In this document: in pieces, positions 1 to 9,099 of the stretch | How the letters are laid out: each line of letters opens with the position of its first letter | Position numbering within the stretch: the first letter of the stretch is position 1 | NCBI RefSeq assembly: GCF_003367075.2 | Contig: NZ_CP065936.1 | Span: forward strand, 1,230,001-1,262,000 | Length of the DNA: 32,000 nt | DNA from: Cylindrospermopsis raciborskii Cr2010 | Lineage (GTDB): Bacteria; Cyanobacteriota; Cyanobacteriia; Cyanobacteriales; Nostocaceae | Direction: 5' to 3' | Notes under the pieces: model-generated | The model's database searches: none | What the model was told of the DNA's origin: nothing | Seen by the model: the letters and a program-made list of their open reading frames with translations, nothing else | Made by a program: the position numbers and the translations under genes

Positions 1-3
1 AAT

Positions 4-288
4 TTGGATACTTTAGATAAAATTACTAAAATACTAAGCTATGCTGAACCAAGACCTTCTTGGATCATTATGCGCACAGGAGAATTATTAAAATGGTATA
101 ATTCTGGCGCATACGATAGCCTAATTCAGGGAAATTTTACCTCCTCAGATTATGTACCAAAAACAGAAGAAGTGGAAGATTTAGATAGTATACAAAATAC
201 AGAAGATGGAGATCAGATCAAACACCCACAAAATCAGCAAAACAATCAGACAGGTTCAGAAGATTGGAATTTCATATCCTCTTGGTAA
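4..288 (+). CDS. hypothetical protein, possibly 5'-truncated by the window edge
   Basis: ORF of 94 aa with an acidic/Gln-rich C-terminus; no family recognised. Confidence 0.4.
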   Translation: MDTLDKITKILSYAEPRPSWIIMRTGELLKWYNSGAYDSLIQGNFTSSDYVPKTEEVEDLDSIQNTEDGDQIKHPQNQQNNQTGSEDWNFISSW

Positions 289-361
289 TGGTAATATTTC
301 CATATACACGCGGAGGCGAGCTAAAATGTCATGTATTAACCTAGGGATAAGTTCAATGAAG

Positions 362-781
362 TCAAATATTGAATATTTCCAAGATTTGTCTACAAATGTG
401 TTTAAGTTTTTCTCCAACTACACTAGAGGGTGTGGGTTCGCCCACAAAACTCCACTGTTCTATGGTAGAAAGTCGCCATACTTGACCTCGATGGTCAAAT
501 CCTGATACTTCAACACCTATAGCTTTGGATTGTTGATTAATGGGATCTTGATGAAAGCGAATTTGGATTAACACACTACGACTGCGCCAAGACCTGCTGA
601 TTCCGGGAAAGTGAAAACCTATATCAATGGAATCAGGATCCACTAGTTGTCTGGTCTCACGGTCATTTTGCCAAGGTTTTAGATCGCTTTTGGCATCAGG
701 AAATTGTAATTTAAACAAGTTGACTACGGTAGCAATCTTACTAGCTATTTCAAAGTTGGTTGCTTGTTCCGATGCGTTCAC
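362..781 (-). CDS. hypothetical protein, 139 aa
   Basis: Open frame MNASEQATNFEIASKIATVVNLFKLQFPDAKSD...; coding-like composition; no family recognised. Confidence 0.65.
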   Translation of the reverse strand: MNASEQATNFEIASKIATVVNLFKLQFPDAKSDLKPWQNDRETRQLVDPDSIDIGFHFPGISRSWRSRSVLIQIRFHQDPINQQSKAIGVEVSGFDHRGQVWRLSTIEQWSFVGEPTPSSVVGEKLKHICRQILEIFNI

Positions 782-944
782 GTCAAGACTCTCCTAATAT
801 TACATTGGACTGGTTTGCTAGGGAATCAGTGAAAAAATTCAGCAAAATTCCTCCAAAAACTTTCCCACTGTAGAATGAGAAATTACAGTACCGATCTAAA
901 ATAAATCTGTCAATTGCTTAACAAACACTAAATTAATTTTCTTT

Positions 945-1403
945 ATGGTGCGTCAACGCCCTATTCTATCACTGATTCTTGTACTATTGACCACGTTTTT
1001 GATCAGTTGCAGCAGTCCTACTGTTGCAACTGCACCTCCCACCTATACACCAGAACAATTGGTAAAAGTGAGACAATATGTACCTGATATTCAGGCAGTA
1101 CAAAATCGATTTGAAGAACTAAAAAGTCTGATTACCAGTAGTGAGTGGATTAAAGTGGGTAATTTTATTCATGGTCCGGTAACAGAAGCTAGACTCACTA
1201 TGACCTATGTTATCCCCAGTCTATTACCCCAAGACCAAGGTCAAGGAAGACAAATTACCAAGAACTTATTGAATCACTTAGTTAGAGTTGATCAAGCTGC
1301 TAATGCTGGTAATACTAAACTGGCATTGAGCAGCTATAAAGACGTTGTGGCAGACTTTAACCAGTTCTTACAACTGATTCCCCCAGCACCAACTCAGGAA
1401 TAA
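945..1403 (+). CDS. psbQ: PsbQ-like photosystem II lipoprotein (CyanoQ)
   Basis: Signal/lipobox LLTTFLISCSS followed by a small helical domain typical of cyanobacterial PsbQ (QYVPDIQAVQNRFEELKSLI...WIKVGNFIHGPVTEAR...LPQDQ). Confidence 0.85.
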   Translation: MVRQRPILSLILVLLTTFLISCSSPTVATAPPTYTPEQLVKVRQYVPDIQAVQNRFEELKSLITSSEWIKVGNFIHGPVTEARLTMTYVIPSLLPQDQGQGRQITKNLLNHLVRVDQAANAGNTKLALSSYKDVVADFNQFLQLIPPAPTQE

Positions 1404-1509
1404 CTCAATTGTCTCCATTGCAATCTGAGTCTTGAGTCACAAAACCCTAGTTTAATCAGGTGATAGGGTGAAGGGGTAAACTCTTCACCCCTCACTATTT
1501 ACAAAGCTT

Positions 1510-2658
1510 ATGAATGTAGTAATTATCGGTTGTGGTGTAGTTGGAGCAGCGATCGCATATCAACTAAGTCAAATCAAAGGTTTAAATATCACTGTTTTTG
1601 AAAAAAACCAGCCAGCACAAGGTTCTACAGCAGCTGCTTTGGGTGTTTTAATGGGGGTAATTAGCCATAAAACCAAGGGTAAGGCCTGGCAAATTCGCGA
1701 GGAGAGTATTAAACGCTATCAAACCCTAATTCCAGAGCTGGAGGAGATAACAGGGCGAAAAATTCCCTGTAACCGTCAGGGTATTGTCATGTTACTATCA
1801 GAGGATCCCACTCACCCCCTAAAAAGCGGAGTGGAAGCAATGAGTGACTGGGAGGAATTACAACAGGTGCGCAAATCCCAAGGATGGGAGTTAAAGGTGT
1901 GGGATAGGGAGAAACTAGGGAATTTTTGCCCCCAGGTAAATAATCCTATGGTAATTGGTGCTGTTTATTCCCCTCAGGATTTACAGTTGAATCCCACAGC
2001 GTTAACCCTAGCATTGGTGGACGCAGCACAGCGTAATGGGGTACAATTCAAATTTGGAGTAGCAGTTCGCAATCACCAAGCACCATCTAGTCAAATCGTC
2101 CAGATTACACCCCATGTTCAGGAACAACTAAAATCTATTGACACTACAGAAGGTGTAGTTACAGCAGATTGGTTTATCATTACTGCTGGTTTGGGCACCA
2201 CTGCACTGACTAGACAATTAAATCATCAGGTGACTATTCGTCCAGTTTTAGGACAAGCATTATATTTGAGTTTAGGAAGGAGTTTAGGCAATCCTGATTT
2301 TCAACCGGTCATTACCGGTAATGATGTACATCTAGTACCCATGGGTAATGGAGATTATTGGGTGGGAGCTACAGTAGAATTCCCTAACGGAGAAGATGAT
2401 GTTCTACCTAGTAAGGAATTACTGGAACTAGTTAAACAACAGGCGATCGCTTTTTGTCCTGAATTAGCTTCGGCCAAGATTCTTCGCAGCTGGTCAGGAT
2501 TACGTCCTCGTCCAGAAGGTAGACCAGCACCAATAATTGAAAAATTAGCCAGTTATACTAATATAATTTTGGCAACGGGTCATTACCGTAATGGAGTATT
2601 ACTTGCACCTGCTACAGCTTCTGCAGTACATGATATGATTATTACCGTTACCCGTTAA
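1510..2658 (+). CDS. FAD-dependent oxidoreductase, glycine oxidase/D-amino acid dehydrogenase-like (DAO family)
   Basis: N-terminal Rossmann motif VVIIGCGVVGAAIAYQLS; C-terminal GLRPRPEGRPAPIIEK...ATGHYRNGVLLAPATA typical of DAO/ThiO proteins. Confidence 0.85.
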   Translation: MNVVIIGCGVVGAAIAYQLSQIKGLNITVFEKNQPAQGSTAAALGVLMGVISHKTKGKAWQIREESIKRYQTLIPELEEITGRKIPCNRQGIVMLLSEDPTHPLKSGVEAMSDWEELQQVRKSQGWELKVWDREKLGNFCPQVNNPMVIGAVYSPQDLQLNPTALTLALVDAAQRNGVQFKFGVAVRNHQAPSSQIVQITPHVQEQLKSIDTTEGVVTADWFIITAGLGTTALTRQLNHQVTIRPVLGQALYLSLGRSLGNPDFQPVITGNDVHLVPMGNGDYWVGATVEFPNGEDDVLPSKELLELVKQQAIAFCPELASAKILRSWSGLRPRPEGRPAPIIEKLASYTNIILATGHYRNGVLLAPATASAVHDMIITVTR

Positions 2659-4814
2659 ATAGTTAAGCCTATTAGTTTAAATGCCTGCTGTATTTGGGAT
2701 GCAAGCTGTGTTTTTTGCGACTTGTTGTATAGTTTTATTGCCTGACTATATGCAGCTAGTATTTCTCGACTATTTTCCACTTCTCCATGTTGGTTTTTGG
2801 TATTGAGTAACACCCATCCCAAGTTGTGATATGCTTCGGCGTAATTATCTCTAAATTCAATTGATTTATCTAAAAAAGCCTTAGCTTGTTTCCATGATCC
2901 TAATTGGGCATATAAAGTACCTACTCTAAAATGAGAAAAAGCCAATAGGGAATTTTTTTCCCCATGGACGTGAATTTCATTCTGAATATGGGTTATGTAC
3001 TTATCATAGATCTCAATAGCAGCTTGATAATTCTTTAGACTCTCCTGAGTGACTGCATAATTCATTAGCACCCAACCAGGAACTGAAGTTTGTTGAATAG
3101 CTGTTTCAAAACTAACTGTAGAATCTTGCCATAGAAATTCGTTTGCTTGTTTCCAACCTTTTAAACCCCATGCTATGGCATTATTAGGTGATTTATCCAC
3201 AAACTCTTGTATTCTCAGATTAACATCATTAGCCTTTTTGGTAACCACTGACCTTTCTAAAGCCATGATTAAATAAGTATATAGAGTAGATTGTAGTTCC
3301 TGCTCATCATCATTGAGATTGGCTAATTGGGTTTGTAACTTATTTTGTAATTTAAAGAGGGCTTGACTAGATGTACGAATTACCAACTTCCACTCTTGTT
3401 GTTGTAGAAGTATCCATGCTTGTAAAGTTAGGGCAAATATAGAATCAGACTCTATTTGTAAAACCTTATCTATAATTGTTTTAGCCGCAGTTAAACTGCC
3501 TGACTTAGCTAATGCCCAAGCTAAATTTGTTTTTATCCACAGTTGGTCAGGTGATAAATTAGCTCCCTTTTGTAGATTAGTTACAGCATCTTGCCAATGG
3601 TTTTCACGACAATTAATTAACCCTAACACTCCATATCCTCTACCATCATTTGGTTGGAATTTAATGGCATTTGTAGCTGCTATCTTAGCTTGATTATGGT
3701 CTAGGTATACTTGTACCAATGCCAGTTCCACAAATGCTTGTGGACTACTACCTTGGACTTGTAGATATTTTTGATATACTTGCACAGCACCGATTAAATT
3801 ACCTTGTTTAACTAAGTCCTTGGCTTTTTGATGTTGGGGATAAACAAAATTACCTTGTATGGCCGCCATTAATTCCTGAGCAGTTTGAAATCTATCTTCC
3901 ACCTTAAATTCCATTCCTGTCAAGATAATTTTTTCCATTAAAGGAGTTATGTTAGAGTTGAGTTGTCGGGGAGGGATTAATGCGTCTGATTGGGTATTTT
4001 GCAAAAGTTGACTAGCTCTTTCTGTAGCTTCTGTTGGTAACTTTCCAGTTAGTAATTCATACATTGATGCACATAAAGCATACAAGTCAGTAGCAGGAAA
4101 ATTTCTACTTCTTTGGATATATTGTTCATAAGGTGCATATCCAGCGGTGAGAATTCTAGTCATGTCTCCTGTTTGACCAGCAATAAATTCCCTTGCTGCA
4201 CCAAAATCTATGAGTACAGCTCTATTTGGTGGAACAATGATAATGTTTTCCGGTTTAATATCCCGATGTAATAAATTGTGGTCATGAATAATTTGTAGAG
4301 CGGATGCTATTTGCCAGAAATAATCCTTCACCTTATTTTCTTGGAGAATTCCTTCCTGGAGGAGAATTTTATCTAAAGATTTACCATTGAGTAATTCCAT
4401 AACCATATATGCAGTATTATTTTCTGGGAAATACTCATAAATTTCCGCAATATGGGGATGTTTACACTGTTGTAAATAGTTGGCTTCCCACTGAAATTTT
4501 TGTAGTTGCTCCAGACGCTGTGCAGGAGTAATTGATGTGGGCCATAAAACACTATTTCCATGTCTAGCAGCTTTTTCTGGCCATAGTTCTTTGATAGCCA
4601 CCTGAGCAGAATTTATCAAAGAAGTTGCTGCATAAGTAATACCAAAACCACCTTGTCCTAAAATTCTTTCTATTCTATATCTACCACTACCAATTAATGT
4701 CCCCGGTGTTAAATGTAGATTGGATACAGTATTTTCAGGTATTAAAGGTGTGCCACAGGCAATACAACTAATGGCATTATCTGAATTATCGGTGAGACAG
4801 GTGGGACATTGCAT
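2655..4814 (-). CDS. Serine/threonine protein kinase with N-terminal zinc ribbon and C-terminal TPR repeats
   Basis: N-terminal CPTCLTDNSDNAISCIACG zinc ribbon; kinase motifs GQGGFGITYAA, HRDIKPENIII, IDFGAAREF; TPR-like repeats in the C-terminal half. Confidence 0.95.
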   Translation of the reverse strand: MQCPTCLTDNSDNAISCIACGTPLIPENTVSNLHLTPGTLIGSGRYRIERILGQGGFGITYAATSLINSAQVAIKELWPEKAARHGNSVLWPTSITPAQRLEQLQKFQWEANYLQQCKHPHIAEIYEYFPENNTAYMVMELLNGKSLDKILLQEGILQENKVKDYFWQIASALQIIHDHNLLHRDIKPENIIIVPPNRAVLIDFGAAREFIAGQTGDMTRILTAGYAPYEQYIQRSRNFPATDLYALCASMYELLTGKLPTEATERASQLLQNTQSDALIPPRQLNSNITPLMEKIILTGMEFKVEDRFQTAQELMAAIQGNFVYPQHQKAKDLVKQGNLIGAVQVYQKYLQVQGSSPQAFVELALVQVYLDHNQAKIAATNAIKFQPNDGRGYGVLGLINCRENHWQDAVTNLQKGANLSPDQLWIKTNLAWALAKSGSLTAAKTIIDKVLQIESDSIFALTLQAWILLQQQEWKLVIRTSSQALFKLQNKLQTQLANLNDDEQELQSTLYTYLIMALERSVVTKKANDVNLRIQEFVDKSPNNAIAWGLKGWKQANEFLWQDSTVSFETAIQQTSVPGWVLMNYAVTQESLKNYQAAIEIYDKYITHIQNEIHVHGEKNSLLAFSHFRVGTLYAQLGSWKQAKAFLDKSIEFRDNYAEAYHNLGWVLLNTKNQHGEVENSREILAAYSQAIKLYNKSQKTQLASQIQQAFKLIGLTI

Positions 4815-4853
4815 AGACTTTACTATTTATTGGTTTGCTTATTAACTAATGAT

Positions 4854-6635
4854 TTACCAACGACCTTGATTACTCGTAACCAAAAATCGTAACGCTAAGA
4901 GTGTGGCATTATCTAGTGCACCCCTTTCTAAAACTTGGTTAATAGTAAGGTTCACAGCTGTTTGCAAGTTAGATTCAGTGATGAAATTTGTGGCAAGTTG
5001 GTTTTTAGAAACTAAGTCCCAAACTCCATCAGAACAGAGTAGTATGATATCTTCATGTTCTAATCTCATTGTTAATTCTGAAGTAGTTTGTCTTAGATCT
5101 TGAACATAGCCATCACTCAATCTACTTTTTCCACCAATAGATTTAGTCAGAATATTTCTATCTGGATGTGTTGACAATTCCTCTTCCGTAATTTTTCCAC
5201 TAGCAAATAATAGTGCCACTAAAGAGTGATCTTGACTAAGTTGTTGAATTTCTCCTTGACGCAGTAAATAAATACGACTATCCCCCACATGACCAATCAT
5301 TAGTTGTTCCGAAAAAGCAAAAATAACACTTAAAGTTGTTCCCCCATCTTTTACTTGTGCAGAAACTTTCTCATTAGCTTGAACAAATAGGGAAGTTAGC
5401 CACTCTTGGCATTCCTCCTTGGTATGATTTTCTAAAGGTAAGGGAGATTCTAGCACGGTTTCTATAGCCAATTTACTCGCCAATTCCCCCTGAGACATTC
5501 CTCCCATACCATCCGCCATCCCAGCCAAAATTACCGTCCGGCGATCGCCACTATTTTGGTATTTAATCCCATAGTTATCTTCATTTTTCAAGCGATTAAT
5601 TGAGAGTCCTACAGTAGATAAACTTGCCATGTCCCAATAAATTTTGGGGATAGTCATCTCCTGTCGAGTACGGACTAATATTTTTAAAAACTGTTCCAAT
5701 GTAAATCTTTCTTCTGGTAAGTAAGATAGACAAATTTTTAGCAGTTGATAAACTCGAGGTATAGGATTGATTTGTATTTCTTGATTTGGGTTACTGGGTA
5801 AGTTTTTGTGATGAATTATTTGATATAATAATGCTCCTACTGTGTAACTGCTCATAGTTTCGTGAACAGGATATTTACCGTATGCCAATTCTGGAGCGCA
5901 ATAGTCACCTATAAACCCAAAATTGAGTAATTCTCCTACAGGAAAGACATTAGTCAGGTCAAAGAATTTAATTGGTGTTCCTGGTGTTCCTATTTGCATT
6001 AATTTGGGAACGAGATTAATAACACACCATCCTCTTTGATGAAGATAGCGAAACACTTGACAGATTTGGCTGGTAATTAACAAAGACTCTTCCAAACTAG
6101 GTTTATTATTCAGCCAAGTTTCCAAGGTTTTATTTTCATCGGGAAGATAGGTAAGAACCAGCAATTTTTCACTTAATACACTGGTAGTAATTTCCTGTTC
6201 TGGATAATATTCCTCCTCTAAATATTCCACCTCTTGATTGCTATCTATGGTGGTATTTGTATTTTCAGGATTTTGATTTTCTGTTGTGGTTAGTGCAACA
6301 TCCAAAACTTCCCAATCCATGATATTACCTGGGATATCATGAATATTATTAATGTTAATAACAACATTGTCTACAACAGTGTGTAATAGAACTTGGGAGA
6401 TCAACTGGTAATCTCCCAATTGGGTTCTCAATTGTAATTCTCGGTTAAGTGCACCATCAGTTGTACCTATCCTGAGTAAACCTGGTTTTGCATCACCTAC
6501 TATCCAAACTTGGAAATAATAAATATCAGGCGTAAATTGTCCTAAATAGGATATAATTTCTACTGGCAGAGCTTGGATGTGAAAACAGGTGTTTTCTTGA
6601 ATTATTAATGGTAACTGATTGGTATAATCGCTCAT
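4854..6635 (-). CDS. PP2C-family protein phosphatase with N-terminal degenerate kinase-like domain
   Basis: PP2C motifs ADGMGGMSQGE, HVGDSRIYLLRQGEIQQLSQDHS, LCSDGVWDLVS; upstream kinase-like region with HRD/DFG replaced (WCVINLVPKLMQI...FFDLTN) but with APE retained (GDYCAPELAYG). Confidence 0.93.
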   Translation of the reverse strand: MSDYTNQLPLIIQENTCFHIQALPVEIISYLGQFTPDIYYFQVWIVGDAKPGLLRIGTTDGALNRELQLRTQLGDYQLISQVLLHTVVDNVVININNIHDIPGNIMDWEVLDVALTTTENQNPENTNTTIDSNQEVEYLEEEYYPEQEITTSVLSEKLLVLTYLPDENKTLETWLNNKPSLEESLLITSQICQVFRYLHQRGWCVINLVPKLMQIGTPGTPIKFFDLTNVFPVGELLNFGFIGDYCAPELAYGKYPVHETMSSYTVGALLYQIIHHKNLPSNPNQEIQINPIPRVYQLLKICLSYLPEERFTLEQFLKILVRTRQEMTIPKIYWDMASLSTVGLSINRLKNEDNYGIKYQNSGDRRTVILAGMADGMGGMSQGELASKLAIETVLESPLPLENHTKEECQEWLTSLFVQANEKVSAQVKDGGTTLSVIFAFSEQLMIGHVGDSRIYLLRQGEIQQLSQDHSLVALLFASGKITEEELSTHPDRNILTKSIGGKSRLSDGYVQDLRQTTSELTMRLEHEDIILLCSDGVWDLVSKNQLATNFITESNLQTAVNLTINQVLERGALDNATLLALRFLVTSNQGRW

Positions 6636-6656
6636 CTTTTTATTAAGTCATGCTAT

Positions 6657-7181
6657 CTAGCTGTTTTTAAAAACAAATTTAACCTTACCAAATGCAATTT
6701 CATCGTCTGGTTTTAGAGGAGTGGGGACAGTAATTCTAGCACTGAATCGTGTTTGTCCTTGACCTTTAATAAATACTCCATTGGTAGATCCTAAATCCTT
6801 GACCTTCCATATTCCCGCCTCCTGATAAATTTCCGCGTGGTTACGGGATACGGTGTCTCCACCAAGAAAGGTTTCCAAATCTATATCCACCGGGCCAGTA
6901 TCCTGGTCAAAAATACCGACTATGGCATTATTTTCCAGAATAAATTCCGGTATGGGAGCATTGATCTGTTTACAGACTAACCTAGCAGTTGCGGATGTCC
7001 TTGTAAGTGGTATGGTTGGTGAATAGCTATTATCTGATATTGGTGGTGGAGCTGGTTGAATAATGGTGGGTGGTATGATTGACGCTGTAGTGACAGCAAT
7101 TGGCAGTTCCGAACCACAAATACTGCAGAACTCTGTATTATCTGGGTTTTGGTCATATCCACAAGCTGTACAAGTGATCAT
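6657..7181 (-). CDS. FHA domain protein with N-terminal zinc ribbon
   Basis: CTACGYDQNPDNTEFCSICGSELP zinc ribbon; FHA motif GGDTVSRNHAEIYQEAGIWKVKDLGSTNGVFI. Confidence 0.95.
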   Translation of the reverse strand: MITCTACGYDQNPDNTEFCSICGSELPIAVTTASIIPPTIIQPAPPPISDNSYSPTIPLTRTSATARLVCKQINAPIPEFILENNAIVGIFDQDTGPVDIDLETFLGGDTVSRNHAEIYQEAGIWKVKDLGSTNGVFIKGQGQTRFSARITVPTPLKPDDEIAFGKVKFVFKNS

Positions 7182-7235
7182 GGTCTTTTATCCTTATGAT
7201 GGTAGAGTTATGTTGAAATTGTACCAGAGAGATTC

Positions 7236-8627
7236 TTATGTTCCCGTAAGTTTTCGCATCTCCTCTTCTGAAAGCATATCATCAATATCATTACCCATTT
7301 TCACCGTTTTCCCTTTAGCACCCATTTTCACCGTCTTCCGAGTTCCCGATGAGATTTTTTTAGTCTTCCGCAATTCAGATTGGGCATTATTTAAAGATTC
7401 TGTCATTTCATTATTGCCAAGTTTCACTGTCATTCTTCTAGCTGTTTCTAATAATTCCTCTGCTTTTTGTGGATTCTTTTCTGCCATTTTGATAGATTGG
7501 TCAACCAGATTGGCAATATTGCATTGTTGGACATAGTCCATAACTTCTTGATTAACCTGAGCTGCATTATGTTGTCCAGCAAGAAATTGAATAATGAGAT
7601 TTTCTGGTGGTATTTCACCGCGCCTTTTTTCTCCAGGAATGTCATAGGTCAATCCCAGCTGAGCAATACGTACACGAGAAGCAGGACGGTTATTAACTGT
7701 AAATTCTAGGATGAAGATAGTTTCATCATGAGCAATAGCATTTCCCAAGGGAAAGGGATCTTGATTAATGGGAAATTCTGCTTGGGTAGGATAAGCACGA
7801 ACAATACGACTTAGTTCTACCCCCTTCACAGTTTTCACAGTTAAAGCTAGATTAGTGATTACCTCCTGTTGTGCTTCACTATATTCAGCAATAATCTTGC
7901 CAGGTAAATCTAGTATGGATGTTTCTGTACCTTTGGCGATTCCCGGTACCACATAAAATAGTTTTCCTCCCGTGCAGTCACTAAGATGGCTCAATAAATC
8001 TTCATTGAACTCTTCCCCCACTCCCAACGCGGTGACTGGTATATTACGGGTGGCGAAATCATTAGCAATTGATTGACACTGATCTTCATCAAATGTTTGT
8101 CCATCGGTGAATAATAGAACCCGTTTAACAGTCATTTCCTGTTCACTCAATATATCAAATGCACGCCGCAGTCCTAAACCCATGCGCGTACCACCAGAAA
8201 AATTTCTCAAGTTGTTAATGGCAGTTTCTAGTTTTTTAATTTCTGTAGCACTAGTTAGTCCAATAATTGAGGAAGCACTATCATTAAATTGCACTATAGC
8301 AATGCGATCTTGTTGTTTTAATCTCCCAGAATTAACTAAGGCTAATAGGGATTCAATCACTATGTCTATTTTTGATTTACCTCCTGTCACCTCCCGATAT
8401 TCTTTGCCATCCTGTTGATAGGTGACACCTGTAGGTTTACTCTCACCTGCAACCACTTCATACATGGATCCACTAGTATCAATAACAAAAGTAAAAGTAG
8501 TTGGTGGAAGACTGGTAGCTATATCTTTGAGAGGACGCAACTTGAGCATAACAAATAACTTTTGTCCTTCCGTATCCGCTGGCATAAATTCCCGATGGGG
8601 TGTAATACTAGTCTTAATGGCATTCAT
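7236..8627 (-). CDS. von Willebrand factor type A (VWA) domain protein
   Basis: MIDAS motif TFVIDTSGSMYEV, with GGTRMGLGLRRA and LLFTDGQTFDED segments. Confidence 0.95.
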   Translation of the reverse strand: MNAIKTSITPHREFMPADTEGQKLFVMLKLRPLKDIATSLPPTTFTFVIDTSGSMYEVVAGESKPTGVTYQQDGKEYREVTGGKSKIDIVIESLLALVNSGRLKQQDRIAIVQFNDSASSIIGLTSATEIKKLETAINNLRNFSGGTRMGLGLRRAFDILSEQEMTVKRVLLFTDGQTFDEDQCQSIANDFATRNIPVTALGVGEEFNEDLLSHLSDCTGGKLFYVVPGIAKGTETSILDLPGKIIAEYSEAQQEVITNLALTVKTVKGVELSRIVRAYPTQAEFPINQDPFPLGNAIAHDETIFILEFTVNNRPASRVRIAQLGLTYDIPGEKRRGEIPPENLIIQFLAGQHNAAQVNQEVMDYVQQCNIANLVDQSIKMAEKNPQKAEELLETARRMTVKLGNNEMTESLNNAQSELRKTKKISSGTRKTVKMGAKGKTVKMGNDIDDMLSEEEMRKLTGT

Positions 8628-8684
8628 TTTATCTTTCCTGAAGTTAATTTTTGAGATTAATTTTTGCAGTTAAACTACCAAGAC

Positions 8685-9071
8685 CTAAACAAAGTTTAAA
8701 GGTGGCAATACACCCGATTGGAGTTGTATATCTGATATATCTGGAGCAATCATTTGAGGAATTTCCTGATTGCCATCCTCCTCAAGTTGATCAATATTTT
8801 CATCAATCAGCAGTCTTAAATTAAGACTCAGAGAACTAAATCTATAACCGTGCTTAATATCCTGAGTCCAGGTTTGAATAATTCGATTTAGTTGATAATC
8901 CCTAATTGCTGACAGGCTAAGATCCTGTAATGTCTTACGAATCTTTTCTCTAACCAGAGGTGTAAACACTTTTTCGGGTGCATCTTCCTCCATATTGTTT
9001 AAATCTAAACTGTAACTGTACGATTCAGATGGTGAACCCTCTGGTTTGAGATGGAAAGTATATTTGACCAT
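8685..9071 (-). CDS. uncharacterised 128-aa protein in the kinase/phosphatase/VWA cluster
   Basis: Open frame with 28-57 bp gaps to its co-directional VWA neighbours; no family recognised. Confidence 0.8.
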   Translation of the reverse strand: MVKYTFHLKPEGSPSESYSYSLDLNNMEEDAPEKVFTPLVREKIRKTLQDLSLSAIRDYQLNRIIQTWTQDIKHGYRFSSLSLNLRLLIDENIDQLEEDGNQEIPQMIAPDISDIQLQSGVLPPLNFV

Positions 9072-9099
9072 TGTGCCAATTAAACAAGAATTTTGATAA

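Noticed and set aside
7467-7709. Short plus-strand ORFs within the VWA gene, also 7063-7536, 8107-8418 and 8422-8673
   Set aside because: Antisense shadows of well-supported minus-strand coding sequences.
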